Assembly (NCBI GenBank): GCA_947165475.1
Contig: CAMVAN010000003.1
Location: 1-44,985 of the forward strand
Direction: 5' to 3'
DNA: 44,985 nucleotides
From: an uncultured Bacillales bacterium
Lineage (GTDB): Bacteria; Bacillota_I; Bacilli_A; RF39; UBA660
Under the pieces are notes generated by a model. It did no database searches and was not told the DNA's origin. It saw only the letters and a program-made list of their open reading frames with translations. The position numbers and the translations under genes are program-made. Shown one piece after another: positions 19,864 to 30,686 of the stretch. The number at the start of each line of letters is the position of its first letter. Position 1 is the first letter of the stretch.

Positions 19864-19864
19864 A

Positions 19865-20566
19865 TTACCACTTAACCTCATCGATTGTTTTTGGATGCTT
19901 GTTAAGTTCATTTGATACAACTTTACCATTCTTTATTCTAATAACTCTGTCCGCGATATCAGCAATTAAAGAGTTATGTGTAACGATTATTACTGTTGTA
20001 TCCTCATCGCTTTGCTTTCTTAGTAGTTTTAATATTTCTACTCCTGTTTTAGAATCAAGTGCTCCAGTTGGTTCATCACAAAGCAGAACTTTTGGATTTT
20101 TCATTATTGCTCTTGCAATAGAAACTCTTTGTTGTTCTCCACCAGATAATTCCTGTGGAAATTTATCAGCATGTTTTGATAATCCAACGCTTTTTAATAC
20201 ACTCGCCGAATCTTTAGATGTATTAGTTACATCTTTTATTAAATTAATATTTTCATCTACTGTTAAAGTAGGCATTATATTATAAAATTGAAATATAAAT
20301 CCAACATCATGAGCTCTATATCTAGTAAGTTCTTTGTCATTAAACTGCGCTATATCATCCTCACCAATGATAATAGATCCAGATGTTGCTTTATCCATTC
20401 CTCCAAGAAGATTCAACAAAGTAGATTTACCAGCACCAGAAGGTCCAAGTATAACTACAAACTCTCCTTGATTAATACTTAAATCTATTCCATCTAAAGC
20501 ATTAAATTCTTTTTCGCCAACTATATATGTTTTCTTAACATTTTTTAATTCTATAAAGTTTTTCAT
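19865..20566 (-). CDS. ABC ATP-binding protein (LolD/MacB-type)
   Basis: GPSGAGKS, LSGGEQQR, LLCDEPTGALD. Confidence 0.95.
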   Translation of the reverse strand: MKNFIELKNVKKTYIVGEKEFNALDGIDLSINQGEFVVILGPSGAGKSTLLNLLGGMDKATSGSIIIGEDDIAQFNDKELTRYRAHDVGFIFQFYNIMPTLTVDENINLIKDVTNTSKDSASVLKSVGLSKHADKFPQELSGGEQQRVSIARAIMKNPKVLLCDEPTGALDSKTGVEILKLLRKQSDEDTTVIIVTHNSLIADIADRVIRIKNGKVVSNELNKHPKTIDEVKW

Positions 20567-20580
20567 TTTGTACCTCTTTC

Positions 20581-20606
20581 TTAATATGAAACATATTTCA
20601 TATTAA
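20581..20606. promoter_or_regulatory. Putative TetR operator overlapping the ABC promoter
   Basis: Perfect inverted repeat TTAATATGAAA-CATA-TTTCATATTAA next to minus-strand TATAAT (20606-20611), with TTGACT upstream. Confidence 0.7.
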
Positions 20607-20692
20607 TTATATTCTTCGCAAAAAAAATAGTCAATAAAAAAGATTAATTTTTTTTCATATATATAAAAATTATGCTATAATCTACTTATGAG

Positions 20693-21313
20693 GTGACTTG
20701 CATGATTGGTAATATTAGAGAACCAAAACAACAAAGAGCCATTATGAAGAAAGAAAAAATAATAAAGGCAGGTTTTGATCTTATTTGTGAAAATGGATAC
20801 TATAATACCAATACTGCTGAAATTGCAAAGGAAGCTGGAGTATCTACTGGAATCGTGTACCAATACTTTAAAGATAAATATGACATTTTAATTGAAGGAT
20901 TAGAAAAATATGGTAATGACATATTTTTTCCTATGTTGAAAACTAAAGATGTAAAATTCGATAAAAAAGATTTTGATAAATTGCTCAAGCAAATGATTAA
21001 TCACTATATTAACAACCATAAAGTATCTAATGTAGCTCATGAGGAAATTATGTCTATGGTACACTCTGATAAAAGGGTTGCTAATTACTATTATAAAAGA
21101 GAATTAGAAATGACTAACTTTCTTAAAGAAATATTATTAAATAATAATTTTAAAAACGATAATCTATATGAAAAAGTTCATATAATGATGGGATTAATTG
21201 ATAACTTATGTCATGAAGTTACTTATCATAAACATGATAATATGAATTATGATATTATGACAAATCTTGTAATTGAAAATATTAAAAATTTATTTAAAAA
21301 CGACTTAGATTAG
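20693..21313 (+). CDS. TetR/AcrR family regulator
   Basis: HTH TNTAEIAKEAGVSTGIVYQYFKDK; divergent from the ABC genes; start may be ATG 20702. Confidence 0.93.
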   Translation: MTCMIGNIREPKQQRAIMKKEKIIKAGFDLICENGYYNTNTAEIAKEAGVSTGIVYQYFKDKYDILIEGLEKYGNDIFFPMLKTKDVKFDKKDFDKLLKQMINHYINNHKVSNVAHEEIMSMVHSDKRVANYYYKRELEMTNFLKEILLNNNFKNDNLYEKVHIMMGLIDNLCHEVTYHKHDNMNYDIMTNLVIENIKNLFKNDLD

Positions 21314-21355
21314 TCGTTTTTGTGTGTTCGTAAAAACAAAAAATATTCCAAACAG

Positions 21356-21769
21356 TTATTTCATCACTTTTTCAAATCTAAACATTCCATCATCTTCTGC
21401 ATAACAATCAAGTGGTCTATTAGAATCTGGATGATTATCATTAAAGTATTCTACTATATGAAATTTTAATTTATTAACATAGAAATGAATATTTCTTTTA
21501 TCAAAATATGGAGTACATGTTTCCCATACTTCAGTATCTGTGTATAACTTTTCTATTTTTTTCCAAATAGTTTGCCCTATTCCTTTACTTTGAACTCCTA
21601 CTTTTACAAATAAGAAATCTAGATGATTATGATTATTCTCATTTATTGTTACAATAACTCCACCTACAATTTCATTATTTTCAATCATTTCATAAGCATA
21701 ACTGTTTGGATTATTTAAATTTTCATTTATATCTTTATCTCTTAATTTTATTAATTCCAATTTAATCAC
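21356..21769 (-). CDS. GNAT acetyltransferase (possibly internally shortened)
   Basis: LFV...QSKGIGQ motif A, TPYFDKRNIHFYVNKLKF. Confidence 0.85.
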   Translation of the reverse strand: MIKLELIKLRDKDINENLNNPNSYAYEMIENNEIVGGVIVTINENNHNHLDFLFVKVGVQSKGIGQTIWKKIEKLYTDTEVWETCTPYFDKRNIHFYVNKLKFHIVEYFNDNHPDSNRPLDCYAEDDGMFRFEKVMK

Positions 21770-21813
21770 CTATAATTATTATACAATCAAAAAGAAGAAT
21801 TTTTGCATTCTCC

Positions 21814-21827
21814 TAATATCTTAATAT
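21814..21827. repeat. TAATATCTTAATAT post-stop motif, copy 4
   Basis: 6 nt past the CPBP stop, followed by a terminator hairpin on the minus strand. Confidence 0.75.
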
Positions 21828-21833
21828 GGTACT

Positions 21834-22586
21834 CTATATAAATATAAGCATAAGGATATCTGCAATTAAATGACATAATCCGTGCGATACAATTGCATAT
21901 CTAATATTATATTTTCTATAAAGATATCCAAATGCTAAACCTAATCCACCATTAAATAAGAAACATCTAATAATTAATATTGGTGTTAATGTTGTCATAG
22001 TTACAGTTGATGGAAGATGTCCAGTTGCAAATAATAATGCTACTAATATATTAGCAATTACATATACAAAAGTTGGTATTTCTTTTTTCTTCATTACTTT
22101 AGATATGATAAATACTATTAATGACATAAAGAATAGTCTCATCATTACTTCTTCAATAATACCACCTACTAATAATCCCCCTATAATTTTATATATTGTA
22201 GGTTTAACTGTATATTGTTCTAAAACCCAAGTATTTATTGATCCAAATATTAATTTATCTCCAGGGAATAGAATTAATGCACCTATTATAGTAATAATAA
22301 TTGTAGCTACAATAGCTTTCTTATCTATTTTAAAATCATTCCATAAATCAATCTTCTTAGATAAGAATATACCAATACTAGCAAGTATTATTCCATATAG
22401 TATTCCATATTGAATAGATGAAGAAACACCAAGTATTTCTTTAGTTATATTTTGTTCTTGTATTTGTTTTAATAATTCAGAAGATAAAGAATCATAATAA
22501 TATATTCCTGTACAATAGCCACCTATTAATCCACCAATCAATACTAATAATAAAAACTTCCAATTCTCTTTAATAATTTTTTTCAT
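21834..22586 (-). CDS. CPBP (Abi/CAAX) intramembrane metalloprotease
   Basis: EEVMMR, FATGH and HGLCH motifs, multiple TM segments. Confidence 0.9.
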   Translation of the reverse strand: MKKIIKENWKFLLLVLIGGLIGGYCTGIYYYDSLSSELLKQIQEQNITKEILGVSSSIQYGILYGIILASIGIFLSKKIDLWNDFKIDKKAIVATIIITIIGALILFPGDKLIFGSINTWVLEQYTVKPTIYKIIGGLLVGGIIEEVMMRLFFMSLIVFIISKVMKKKEIPTFVYVIANILVALLFATGHLPSTVTMTTLTPILIIRCFLFNGGLGLAFGYLYRKYNIRYAIVSHGLCHLIADILMLIFI

Positions 22587-23183
22587 TATTTATTTTCTCC
22601 CTTATTCATAACTTTTTTAGACCAACTTATTTTACCACATTTAGGACATTGAAAATATCTTGTTGTATCTAAATGAGTAGAAAACATTACTTTCCAGTAT
22701 GAATCTGGGGCATATCTATGGTGACATTTCCTGCATTCATAATATCCAGCATTTATTTCAAGTTTAAAGGCATATAAGGCTACAATAACTAAAATGACAG
22801 TGAATATGGAAACAATAATACCAAATAAAGCCCCTTCTCCTAATGTGTATGACGCAAGTAATGTTATACCTATATAAATGCAACTGTGGTAATAGCTAAA
22901 ACATACATATCCGTTATCATCTTTTTGTTTTTTAATTCTTCTTGTTTAGCAAGTTCTAATAATAATTTTTCATTTTTCTTTGCATAATCTTGCATATCAA
23001 TTCTTTCACCATTTAAAAGTTCATTGACATTTATATCAAGTATATTACACAAGTCTAGCAACCTCTTTCGCATTTTGATACAACACAATCAGTAATAAAT
23101 AATTTTTCTGCTAATTGTTCTTGCGTAACCTTTTTATCTTTCCTACAATTAGCAATAAATTTTCCAATCTTAATTAAATCCAT
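22586..23183 (-). pseudogene. XRE-family HTH regulator with TM helices and C-terminal Zn ribbon, frameshifted
   Basis: MDLIKIGKFIANCRK..TQEQLAEKL start; YECRKCHH and FQCPKCGK in another frame. Confidence 0.8.
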
Positions 23184-23412
23184 GAACTTTTCTCCTTTCA
23201 TGACTTAATTATAAAATAAGTCATTTATTAGTTATACATACCAATGGTTGAGTTGATACCCTATATCTATTTTACCATAAAAATAGTGAATATTTTTATT
23301 TATTAATGAACACAATATTACTAATTTATGATTCAAACTATGTACAAAATGGTTCTAAAGCCAATTTGGGGCTTTTTTTGTCAAAAAGAAAAACTCGTAT
23401 TTTCCCTTTATT

Positions 23413-25344
23413 TTAAGAACCAGGAGTAAATGTTCCGTTTTTCCATACACCATTGACTTTAGAAAATTCTGGGAGTACAGGAACACCTGCAAACATCCTA
23501 GTAAAATCTGCAGTTTTAGAAACATTCCATTCATTAATAGAACTAGCATTATTTATCTTATTATCACCATCAAACATACTTCGATAATTATTCACTTGAG
23601 AAACATCCCAATTTTCTATTCCATTTAATGATTCTAAAGAATAACAATCTCTAAACATATAGGACATATCTGTCACACTAATAGTATTCCAATTTATAAA
23701 ATTATCTAGAGAAGTTAAATTAGTACCTATAAATGCAGCGGACATATTTTTTATATTAGACACATCCCAATCTTTCATAAATTCTGTACTATCTAAATTC
23801 CAATTATTATAAAAAATATCTTGTATTGTAGTGACGTTAGAGGTATCTAATATTTTTAAAAAAGTATAGTCTTCTATCACATTATTATTATAGAAAGCAA
23901 AAGACATATCCGTAACATTACTAGTATCGAACTTATCAGATAAGATGATTCTTTTTAATATTGCTTTCGTTCCATCAGCTGGTGTTCCCATACCTATCAT
24001 AAAACTCATATCCTTTAAGGATGAAGTATTCCAATTCGATAAATCAATTTCTTCTAATTTTAAATTCGTTAAAAACATCATACTCATATTTTCTACATTT
24101 TCAACATTCCAATTCTTAATGGCATCAATATTATTCAAATACAGATTTGTTGAAAATAAAGAATTCATTGTTGTAACCTTAGATGTATTCCAATTCTCTA
24201 AACCAGATAAACTTTCCAAACAATATATATTAAGAAAAGAGGATGACATACTTTCTACATTTGAAGTATTCCAATTTTTCAAATATGACAAATCTTTCAA
24301 TGATGTTAATGATAATAAAGAATTCATATTTTTATTATTCGAAACATCAAATGTTTCTAATCCAACTATGTTGTTTAGTAATTGTATATGATTAAACATA
24401 AAACTAGCATCTTCATTTAAAGAAGGAGTCTTATCCTCACTCCACCAATAGATTGTTTCATTATCATACCACATATAAATGGGATATTCTGATTCAGGAG
24501 TAGATACAATATTTTTTTCTTCCTTATTGATACTATCTGGTTCAACTTCCGAATATTGAATAGATGTAATTAATTTATCTTGAAAAGCATAAGCATTTGT
24601 AACCGTAGAAGTATCATCTCCAGCTAACTGTTTCATCTTTATATTTACTTCTTTACCAGACAAGAAAGTAGCCTCCTTGGCATCAATTTTTAAATTTAGA
24701 TGAATATCTAATGTACAAGTACAGATTGCATTTACCATTTTTGGAAGAATAAATAGTGACAGAATAGCTATCATAATAGAAACTTTTTTAGAATTTTTTC
24801 TTTGTATGATTAATCCCCCTATTATAATAGCGAAAATTAGAAAAATAATAAAAACATTATTCTTAGTTTCAGGATTAAGGATAGTTCCAGATTCATTAAC
24901 GAAATGAAAGGAAACTTGACTATTACTCGTATAAACTCCATTAGAAAGAGTTTCTACTTGTGGCTTTATTTCATAATTTAATCGTAAATAAATAACCTTT
25001 TCTTCTCCTGCTTTGATAATATTAGAATCATCTTCATAACGAATATCATAATTGATATAATCTTTTGTAAGCTGAGTCTTATCAAATACATAATCACTAT
25101 TAGAAGTATTTTTTATAACGGCTTTATAAGTAATAGAATCTCCTACAACATTCATTTTTGTATTCAAATGAATTTGATTATGATCATTACTCGCAGTAGA
25201 GGTTTCTTCAGCATTTCCGCTTACTTCACTTAATTCTACTTTTTCTATTTTGATATCTGTTTTTTTACATTCTTCAGCCTGAATCGTAAAGGGAAATAAA
25301 AATAACATAAATATAATTAGAAATACAATTTTTTTTATTTTCAT
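23413..25344 (-). CDS. BspA/DUF285-like leucine-rich repeat surface protein
   Basis: Repeats L.NW(N/D)(T/V)S.V..MS.MF; signal peptide; likely start MKIKK at 25344. Confidence 0.88.
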   Translation of the reverse strand: MKIKKIVFLIIFMLFLFPFTIQAEECKKTDIKIEKVELSEVSGNAEETSTASNDHNQIHLNTKMNVVGDSITYKAVIKNTSNSDYVFDKTQLTKDYINYDIRYEDDSNIIKAGEEKVIYLRLNYEIKPQVETLSNGVYTSNSQVSFHFVNESGTILNPETKNNVFIIFLIFAIIIGGLIIQRKNSKKVSIMIAILSLFILPKMVNAICTCTLDIHLNLKIDAKEATFLSGKEVNIKMKQLAGDDTSTVTNAYAFQDKLITSIQYSEVEPDSINKEEKNIVSTPESEYPIYMWYDNETIYWWSEDKTPSLNEDASFMFNHIQLLNNIVGLETFDVSNNKNMNSLLSLTSLKDLSYLKNWNTSNVESMSSSFLNIYCLESLSGLENWNTSKVTTMNSLFSTNLYLNNIDAIKNWNVENVENMSMMFLTNLKLEEIDLSNWNTSSLKDMSFMIGMGTPADGTKAILKRIILSDKFDTSNVTDMSFAFYNNNVIEDYTFLKILDTSNVTTIQDIFYNNWNLDSTEFMKDWDVSNIKNMSAAFIGTNLTSLDNFINWNTISVTDMSYMFRDCYSLESLNGIENWDVSQVNNYRSMFDGDNKINNASSINEWNVSKTADFTRMFAGVPVLPEFSKVNGVWKNGTFTPGS

Positions 25345-25354
25345 AAAACACCTT

Positions 25355-27025
25355 CTATTCTGTTGGAATAAATGTTCCATTATTCCATGTTCCGCTCATA
25401 TTTGTAAATACAGGAAATGCAGAAACACCTCCAAACATCCTAGTATAATTTGCATCTTTCGAAATATCCCAATCATTAATAGAACTAACATCACGTAAAT
25501 TATAGCTTCCACTAAACATGTAATTATAATTAAGTACTTTAGATACACTCCAATTTTCTAATCCGCTTAAAGATTCTAAGGATATACAATCTCTAAACAA
25601 AGAATTAAAATCGGTAACATTAGAAACATTCCAATTTCTTAGTGGAATAAGATTAGATATAGAATTACAAAAACGGAACATGCCCGATAAACTAATTACA
25701 TTAGAAAGATTCCAATTAGAAATACTATTTAAATCAGTTAATAATTGACAAGATACAAACATAGAAGACATATTAACAACATTAGACGTATCCCAGTTTG
25801 AAATACTACTAATATTCTTCAAAGAAGAGCAAGAAGCAAATAATCCAGTCATATTAGTAACATTCGATACATCCCAATTTTCTATTCCATCTAAACTTTC
25901 TAAATTAGAATTATTTCTAAAAAAAGCAATAAAACTATGTGCATTACCTACATTCCATAAAGATAAATTTCTAAGAGATGATAATTTACAATTACCAAAA
26001 AAATAAAGGAATGTATCAACATTAGAAGAATCAAAAGTTTGTAACCCTGATATATCATTTAAGTTTGTAACTTCAAAAAACATCAAAGAAGCATCTTTAT
26101 TTAAACTTGGAGTCATATCTTCACTCCACCAATAAATTGTTCTATTATCATACCACATATAGATTGGATATCCGGATTCAGGTATAGATACAATATTTTT
26201 TTCTTCTTTATTCGTACTGTTAGGTTCAACTTCTGAATACTGAATAGAAGTAATCATTTCATCTTTAAAAGAATAAGCATATGTAACTGTAGAAGTATCA
26301 TCTCCGGCTAACTGTTTCATCTTAGCATTTATTTCTCTTCCCGGTAAGAAAATAGCCTCTCTCGTATCAATCACTAATTCATTCTCTATCTCTAAAGAAT
26401 GTCTACATAAGCCATGTACACTAAATGGTAAAGTAAAACCTAAAAGTAAAAATAAATAAGCACTTTTCTTTTTATCTTTATAGAAAAGAAAAAATCCAAT
26501 CCATAATATAAGAAAAATCAACACTCCTAATCCTCTACCAGTAATAGGATTTTCAATAATTTCTTCTACAAGATTATTATTCGTTAAATTTAGTTTTACT
26601 ACTTGAGTATCTTGATAAAGTCCATTTTCTAAAGTCGAAGAGTCCATCTTTTCTTTATAAACTACTTTTAAAAAAAGTATTTTCTCTTCTCCACTTTTTG
26701 TAAGATTATTATCATCTTCATAACTAACAGTATAATCCACATAATCCGTATCAAGATTAAGTGACTTTTCATCAAAATAATAATCTTCATTTGAATTATT
26801 TTTTAAAACAATTTTATAACTTGCCGTATCTCCTACTACATTCATCCGTAAACCAAGATTTATCTTTTGGCTATTACTACTAGCTTTCTTAACTTCTTCA
26901 ATATTTCCTTTTGTATCTTCTAAAGTAATAGACTCTATTTTAATATTACTAGGATCACACGTGTCTTTTGCAAATACAAATAAAGGAGTAAATAAGAGTA
27001 ATAAAAATAAAACTATCTTTTTCAT
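25355..27025 (-). CDS. BspA/DUF285-like LRR surface protein, paralogue
   Basis: Same repeats; shares KMKQLAGDDTSTVT and YPIYMWYDN with its neighbour. Confidence 0.88.
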   Translation of the reverse strand: MKKIVLFLLLLFTPLFVFAKDTCDPSNIKIESITLEDTKGNIEEVKKASSNSQKINLGLRMNVVGDTASYKIVLKNNSNEDYYFDEKSLNLDTDYVDYTVSYEDDNNLTKSGEEKILFLKVVYKEKMDSSTLENGLYQDTQVVKLNLTNNNLVEEIIENPITGRGLGVLIFLILWIGFFLFYKDKKKSAYLFLLLGFTLPFSVHGLCRHSLEIENELVIDTREAIFLPGREINAKMKQLAGDDTSTVTYAYSFKDEMITSIQYSEVEPNSTNKEEKNIVSIPESGYPIYMWYDNRTIYWWSEDMTPSLNKDASLMFFEVTNLNDISGLQTFDSSNVDTFLYFFGNCKLSSLRNLSLWNVGNAHSFIAFFRNNSNLESLDGIENWDVSNVTNMTGLFASCSSLKNISSISNWDTSNVVNMSSMFVSCQLLTDLNSISNWNLSNVISLSGMFRFCNSISNLIPLRNWNVSNVTDFNSLFRDCISLESLSGLENWSVSKVLNYNYMFSGSYNLRDVSSINDWDISKDANYTRMFGGVSAFPVFTNMSGTWNNGTFIPTE

Positions 27026-27134
27026 ACAATCACCTTATTATTATTTACAATAATTATATAATTATGAAAGGATAGATGCAAGCAGAATCATATTTTTATA
27101 TGTAAAGAAAAAGTATAGATTTACTATACTTTTC

Positions 27135-27227
27135 TTATCTTGTTAACAACAATATAAAATATATAATACCTATAACAACCCCAAATACTACAAGCACTTT
27201 TACTAATGGTCTTTTTATTTTATCCAC
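27135..27227 (-). CDS. 30-aa single-TM peptide
   Basis: GTG start, (M)DKIKRPLVKVLVVFGVVIGIIYFILLLTR, directly before a terminator hairpin. Confidence 0.5.
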   Translation of the reverse strand: MDKIKRPLVKVLVVFGVVIGIIYFILLLTR

Positions 27228-27240
27228 TTCTTTCTTCACC

Positions 27241-27909
27241 CTACTTTTCTTTCCATACTATTTCAATATTTTTATATTTAGCTTTTATCATTTGTTCTAC
27301 TAAAATTTTTGCATTATTGTCTGCCTTTTCTAATAATCCAGAATCTAAAGCCTTCTTTTTACCTTTTTCAACTATAACATCTTCTAACTCATGCCTTTTT
27401 CCTGAACTAATATTTGTAAAAATACTTTCTTCATCTAAATATGTTTTAAAAGTCTTAGGAACTTGATAATACTTATAAACTTTTGCTTTAGGAAGAATTA
27501 CTGTTATTTTACTATAATCTTTTGATATTTTGTAATCTATTTTTCTAAAATCAATTCCAGCAAGCACTTCAACATCTAAACTAAAAATTAATCTACTTGT
27601 TGTAAAAGGTATCGATATTTTCTTAAATATTTTCCTAGCATCTGAACTATCTTCTAAAATTCTTCCATACCATTCTTGAGTAACTAATTCTCCAACATCT
27701 TTAAAACCAAAATCTAAAATGGTCTCACTATGATTAAATACTTTCGAAAAAGATAAACCTAAAATAAAAACAATTAAAAAACCAACACAAAATATAATGA
27801 TTTTTAATTTTTTAGGAATTTTAAATTTAGTTTTCCTTGTTCCATTATCCTTTATTTTTTCATCACTAATTAATAACTCTTTATTATTTTCATTCATAAT
27901 CCTTACCAT
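27241..27909 (-). CDS. DUF4230-like membrane-anchored protein
   Basis: TM, GELVTQE, V.AGID, ITVILP, ALDSGLLEKADNNAK. Confidence 0.75.
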   Translation of the reverse strand: MVRIMNENNKELLISDEKIKDNGTRKTKFKIPKKLKIIIFCVGFLIVFILGLSFSKVFNHSETILDFGFKDVGELVTQEWYGRILEDSSDARKIFKKISIPFTTSRLIFSLDVEVLAGIDFRKIDYKISKDYSKITVILPKAKVYKYYQVPKTFKTYLDEESIFTNISSGKRHELEDVIVEKGKKKALDSGLLEKADNNAKILVEQMIKAKYKNIEIVWKEK

Positions 27910-28227
27910 CCTTTATTTGTACATCCATTATTTACTTAATAACAATTATATATCATAAATTGTAAACAATCAATATACAAATAAAAAGTTTATTCCATAA
28001 CAAAATAAAAAAAAGATTATTAATCCTTGTAAAATTAAAAAAATTAAAACTATTTTTCTTACTAGTTACTCCCGAGTTTTGTTTTCAATATTATATAGTT
28101 TTTTATTATTAGTTTTTTCAAATTTCTTTTAACATTAATACCACTGTGTTATAAGTAATACTTTTTTTAATGTTCATATTAACATAAATAAAAATATAAA
28201 ACATAATAATTTTCAACTAAATATAAT

Positions 28228-28914
28228 TCAATGAAATAAGCTTCTCCAAATAGATTTATTTTTCTTTTTTAATTTTAGATATTCTTCTGTTTGTCTATAA
28301 AAGAAATTAATATTACTTTCATAATATTTTCTAATTTCCTCATAAAGATTATCATTATCTAATAAAGATATTACTTTATCAAAATCCATATCATATTTTT
28401 TGGCTAATTGATATATCATTTCATAATACACATCAGCATATGAATATAAATATGAACAATCATTAGCTTCAACCCTAAATTCTCTTAAAATAGGTTCATT
28501 ATATTTTTTATTATCATCACCATCTAAAGAATTGGTTATAAAGCAACTATAAAGATTAGATTCAATTTTATATAAATAGCTTTTTTTTAAATCAGACATT
28601 TTAATAATTACTTCAGGTAGTGGCATATACCAACCATATAAATTATCATTTCTTTCTGTCTTAATACTACCATAATATCCAAAACCTTTTTCAAAAATCA
28701 CATTATCTGGTATAATAAATTGTCCCATACAAGGATAATCTATACCCCTACCCATATAATAATATGCATGCTCTCCAAAAAGGAAAAAATGTTTATAGGA
28801 ATCTAAAGAATTATAATGAAATGTATTATTACCTTTTATTAAAGCCTTATCATAACTTTTATTATTAATCATCGAAATTATTTCATCACTAGATAAACAT
28901 CTATAAACTATCAT
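28228..28914 (-). CDS. Hypothetical protein
   Basis: 228-aa ORF with GGGGGT RBS. Confidence 0.75.
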   Translation of the reverse strand: MIVYRCLSSDEIISMINNKSYDKALIKGNNTFHYNSLDSYKHFFLFGEHAYYYMGRGIDYPCMGQFIIPDNVIFEKGFGYYGSIKTERNDNLYGWYMPLPEVIIKMSDLKKSYLYKIESNLYSCFITNSLDGDDNKKYNEPILREFRVEANDCSYLYSYADVYYEMIYQLAKKYDMDFDKVISLLDNDNLYEEIRKYYESNINFFYRQTEEYLKLKKKNKSIWRSLFH

Positions 28915-28986
28915 ACTATTACCCCCAAAAATAATATAATTATATCTTTTAACTTAAAATATTACTGTTTTATATATTCTTCAATA

Positions 28987-29985
28987 TCATTTATATAGTC
29001 TTTTATTTTCATTTACATATTCATGAGTACCAGCTATTGTCTCACTGTTTTTGCTATACTTTACTTTTTTAGCAGCTTTTAACCTATTTTCTAACTCTTC
29101 ATATTCCAAATCTAAATAATGTAATCTTGAAGATGAATATCCTATATTATCATATAAATTTTGAAGTTTTTCTTTAGCCTTTCTATTATTAATACACATC
29201 AAATATATTACTTTAGAATTATTAATAATATTAGGATCAGTTTCTTTTAATTTTTCTAATATATTAATGAATAATTCTAAATTATTATGTAGAAATAACA
29301 AATCTATATAATTAATTAAGCTTCCATCAATATCTAAAACAAACTTACATGCTTCTAAATAATATTCTTTATCACTATCTAAATATCTAATCCTATAAGG
29401 TTTCATTTTTAACATTTCAAAAACTAATTCTTTATCTACTTTATTAATATCCATATATTCTAAAGACTTCTTATTGTTACTAGCAATCTTACACAACTTA
29501 CTATATATTGAAATATTACTATCAACATAAGAAATAGATAATGCATCTTTTTGAATGGTTTTTATAACCATTGGAAATAATTCTTCTCTTTTATTATCTA
29601 TAAATCGTAATGATTTATTGCTACAAGAAATAGCCAATTCCCAAAAATAGTAATAATATTTGGAATCTTTAGGTACATATTGAACCATATATGGTTTCTT
29701 ACTAATAGCAATCATACCTAATTTTTTATAATTACTAACTCTATAATCTATACAAGAAAAAACAGATATATCTTGTTTAATTGCTTCCTCACATAATAAA
29801 GGATAATCTTTATAATCAAAAGGAATAAACTTTATTGTACTTGGTTTATTTTTAATTGCGACAAGAGCTAATTCAGTAAAATCATCTCTTTCTATAGAAT
29901 AATTTTTAATATTATTAGGACTTGTTACAATATCTACTTTTGCATCAAACGTACTTCTATTTACAACTTTATGTTTATGTTTCAT
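28987..29985 (-). CDS. Helical repeat protein (DUF4116-like)
   Basis: Repeats of A(I/V).......(Y/F)(I/V); GAGG RBS supports start MKHKHK at 29985. Confidence 0.65.
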   Translation of the reverse strand: MKHKHKVVNRSTFDAKVDIVTSPNNIKNYSIERDDFTELALVAIKNKPSTIKFIPFDYKDYPLLCEEAIKQDISVFSCIDYRVSNYKKLGMIAISKKPYMVQYVPKDSKYYYYFWELAISCSNKSLRFIDNKREELFPMVIKTIQKDALSISYVDSNISIYSKLCKIASNNKKSLEYMDINKVDKELVFEMLKMKPYRIRYLDSDKEYYLEACKFVLDIDGSLINYIDLLFLHNNLELFINILEKLKETDPNIINNSKVIYLMCINNRKAKEKLQNLYDNIGYSSSRLHYLDLEYEELENRLKAAKKVKYSKNSETIAGTHEYVNENKRLYK

Positions 29986-30083
29986 AAAAATAACCTCTTC
30001 CTTTTTTTTGACTATTATTATATCCAAATTACTAGTACAAAACAACATAAAAAAGCTTCTATCCTTTATTAATAAATATCATT

Positions 30084-30677
30084 TTACCATTCAATAATAT
30101 TCAAATTATCAAATCTTTTTTTCCAACTATTTACCTTTTTCACATACATTTTTTCTGTATTATATTTATGCTTTATAGGTCTAATAGTTCTATTATAAAT
30201 ATCACTAAGTCCATATGGAGCATATATTTTTAAATCATCACTATCTTTAGTAATTCCAATAGCATGAATAGTTGCTATCCAATAATTAATTGCATCCTCC
30301 GAATTGAGATATTGTTCAACGTTCATATTAAATAATTCTTTTTTCCATATATGCATTCTAGCTTAATTTGATACATCTATCTTATAATTATACCCATTAT
30401 TTATACAAAATTTATTTATTAAATCACAATACTTAATATCAGTTTCAATAGATAAATCATCTTTGTTATAATATATTACATCTATATCTTTTATTCCATA
30501 ATTTAGAGGTTTTCTATCTAAATAATTCCATATAGTTTGAAATACACTTCCAGCAGCAATATAATAATTAGGTAAATATAAACTATGAATAAAATTTAAG
30601 ATATTCATTAATTCAACATTTTGTTTTAATATTTCAATTGTAAAATTTAATTGTTCTTCTAATGTTTGATATTTCAT
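30084..30677 (-). pseudogene. Nucleotidyltransferase family (DUF925-like) with in-frame stop
   Basis: AGSVFQTIWN, KDIDVIY, YAPYGL; TAA at 30363 in frame with ARMHIW. Confidence 0.8.
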
Positions 30678-30686
30678 AAAATCACC

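Noticed and set aside
1-23200. Classical integron
   Set aside because: No intI gene and no RYYYAAC...GTTRRRY attC hairpins were seen; modules carry their own promoters.
23450-26050. Periodic ~75-bp DNA repeats as a possible CRISPR array or DGR
   Set aside because: They are degenerate coding LRR units. There is no repeat-spacer pattern, cas gene, reverse transcriptase or adenine-specific TR/VR pair.
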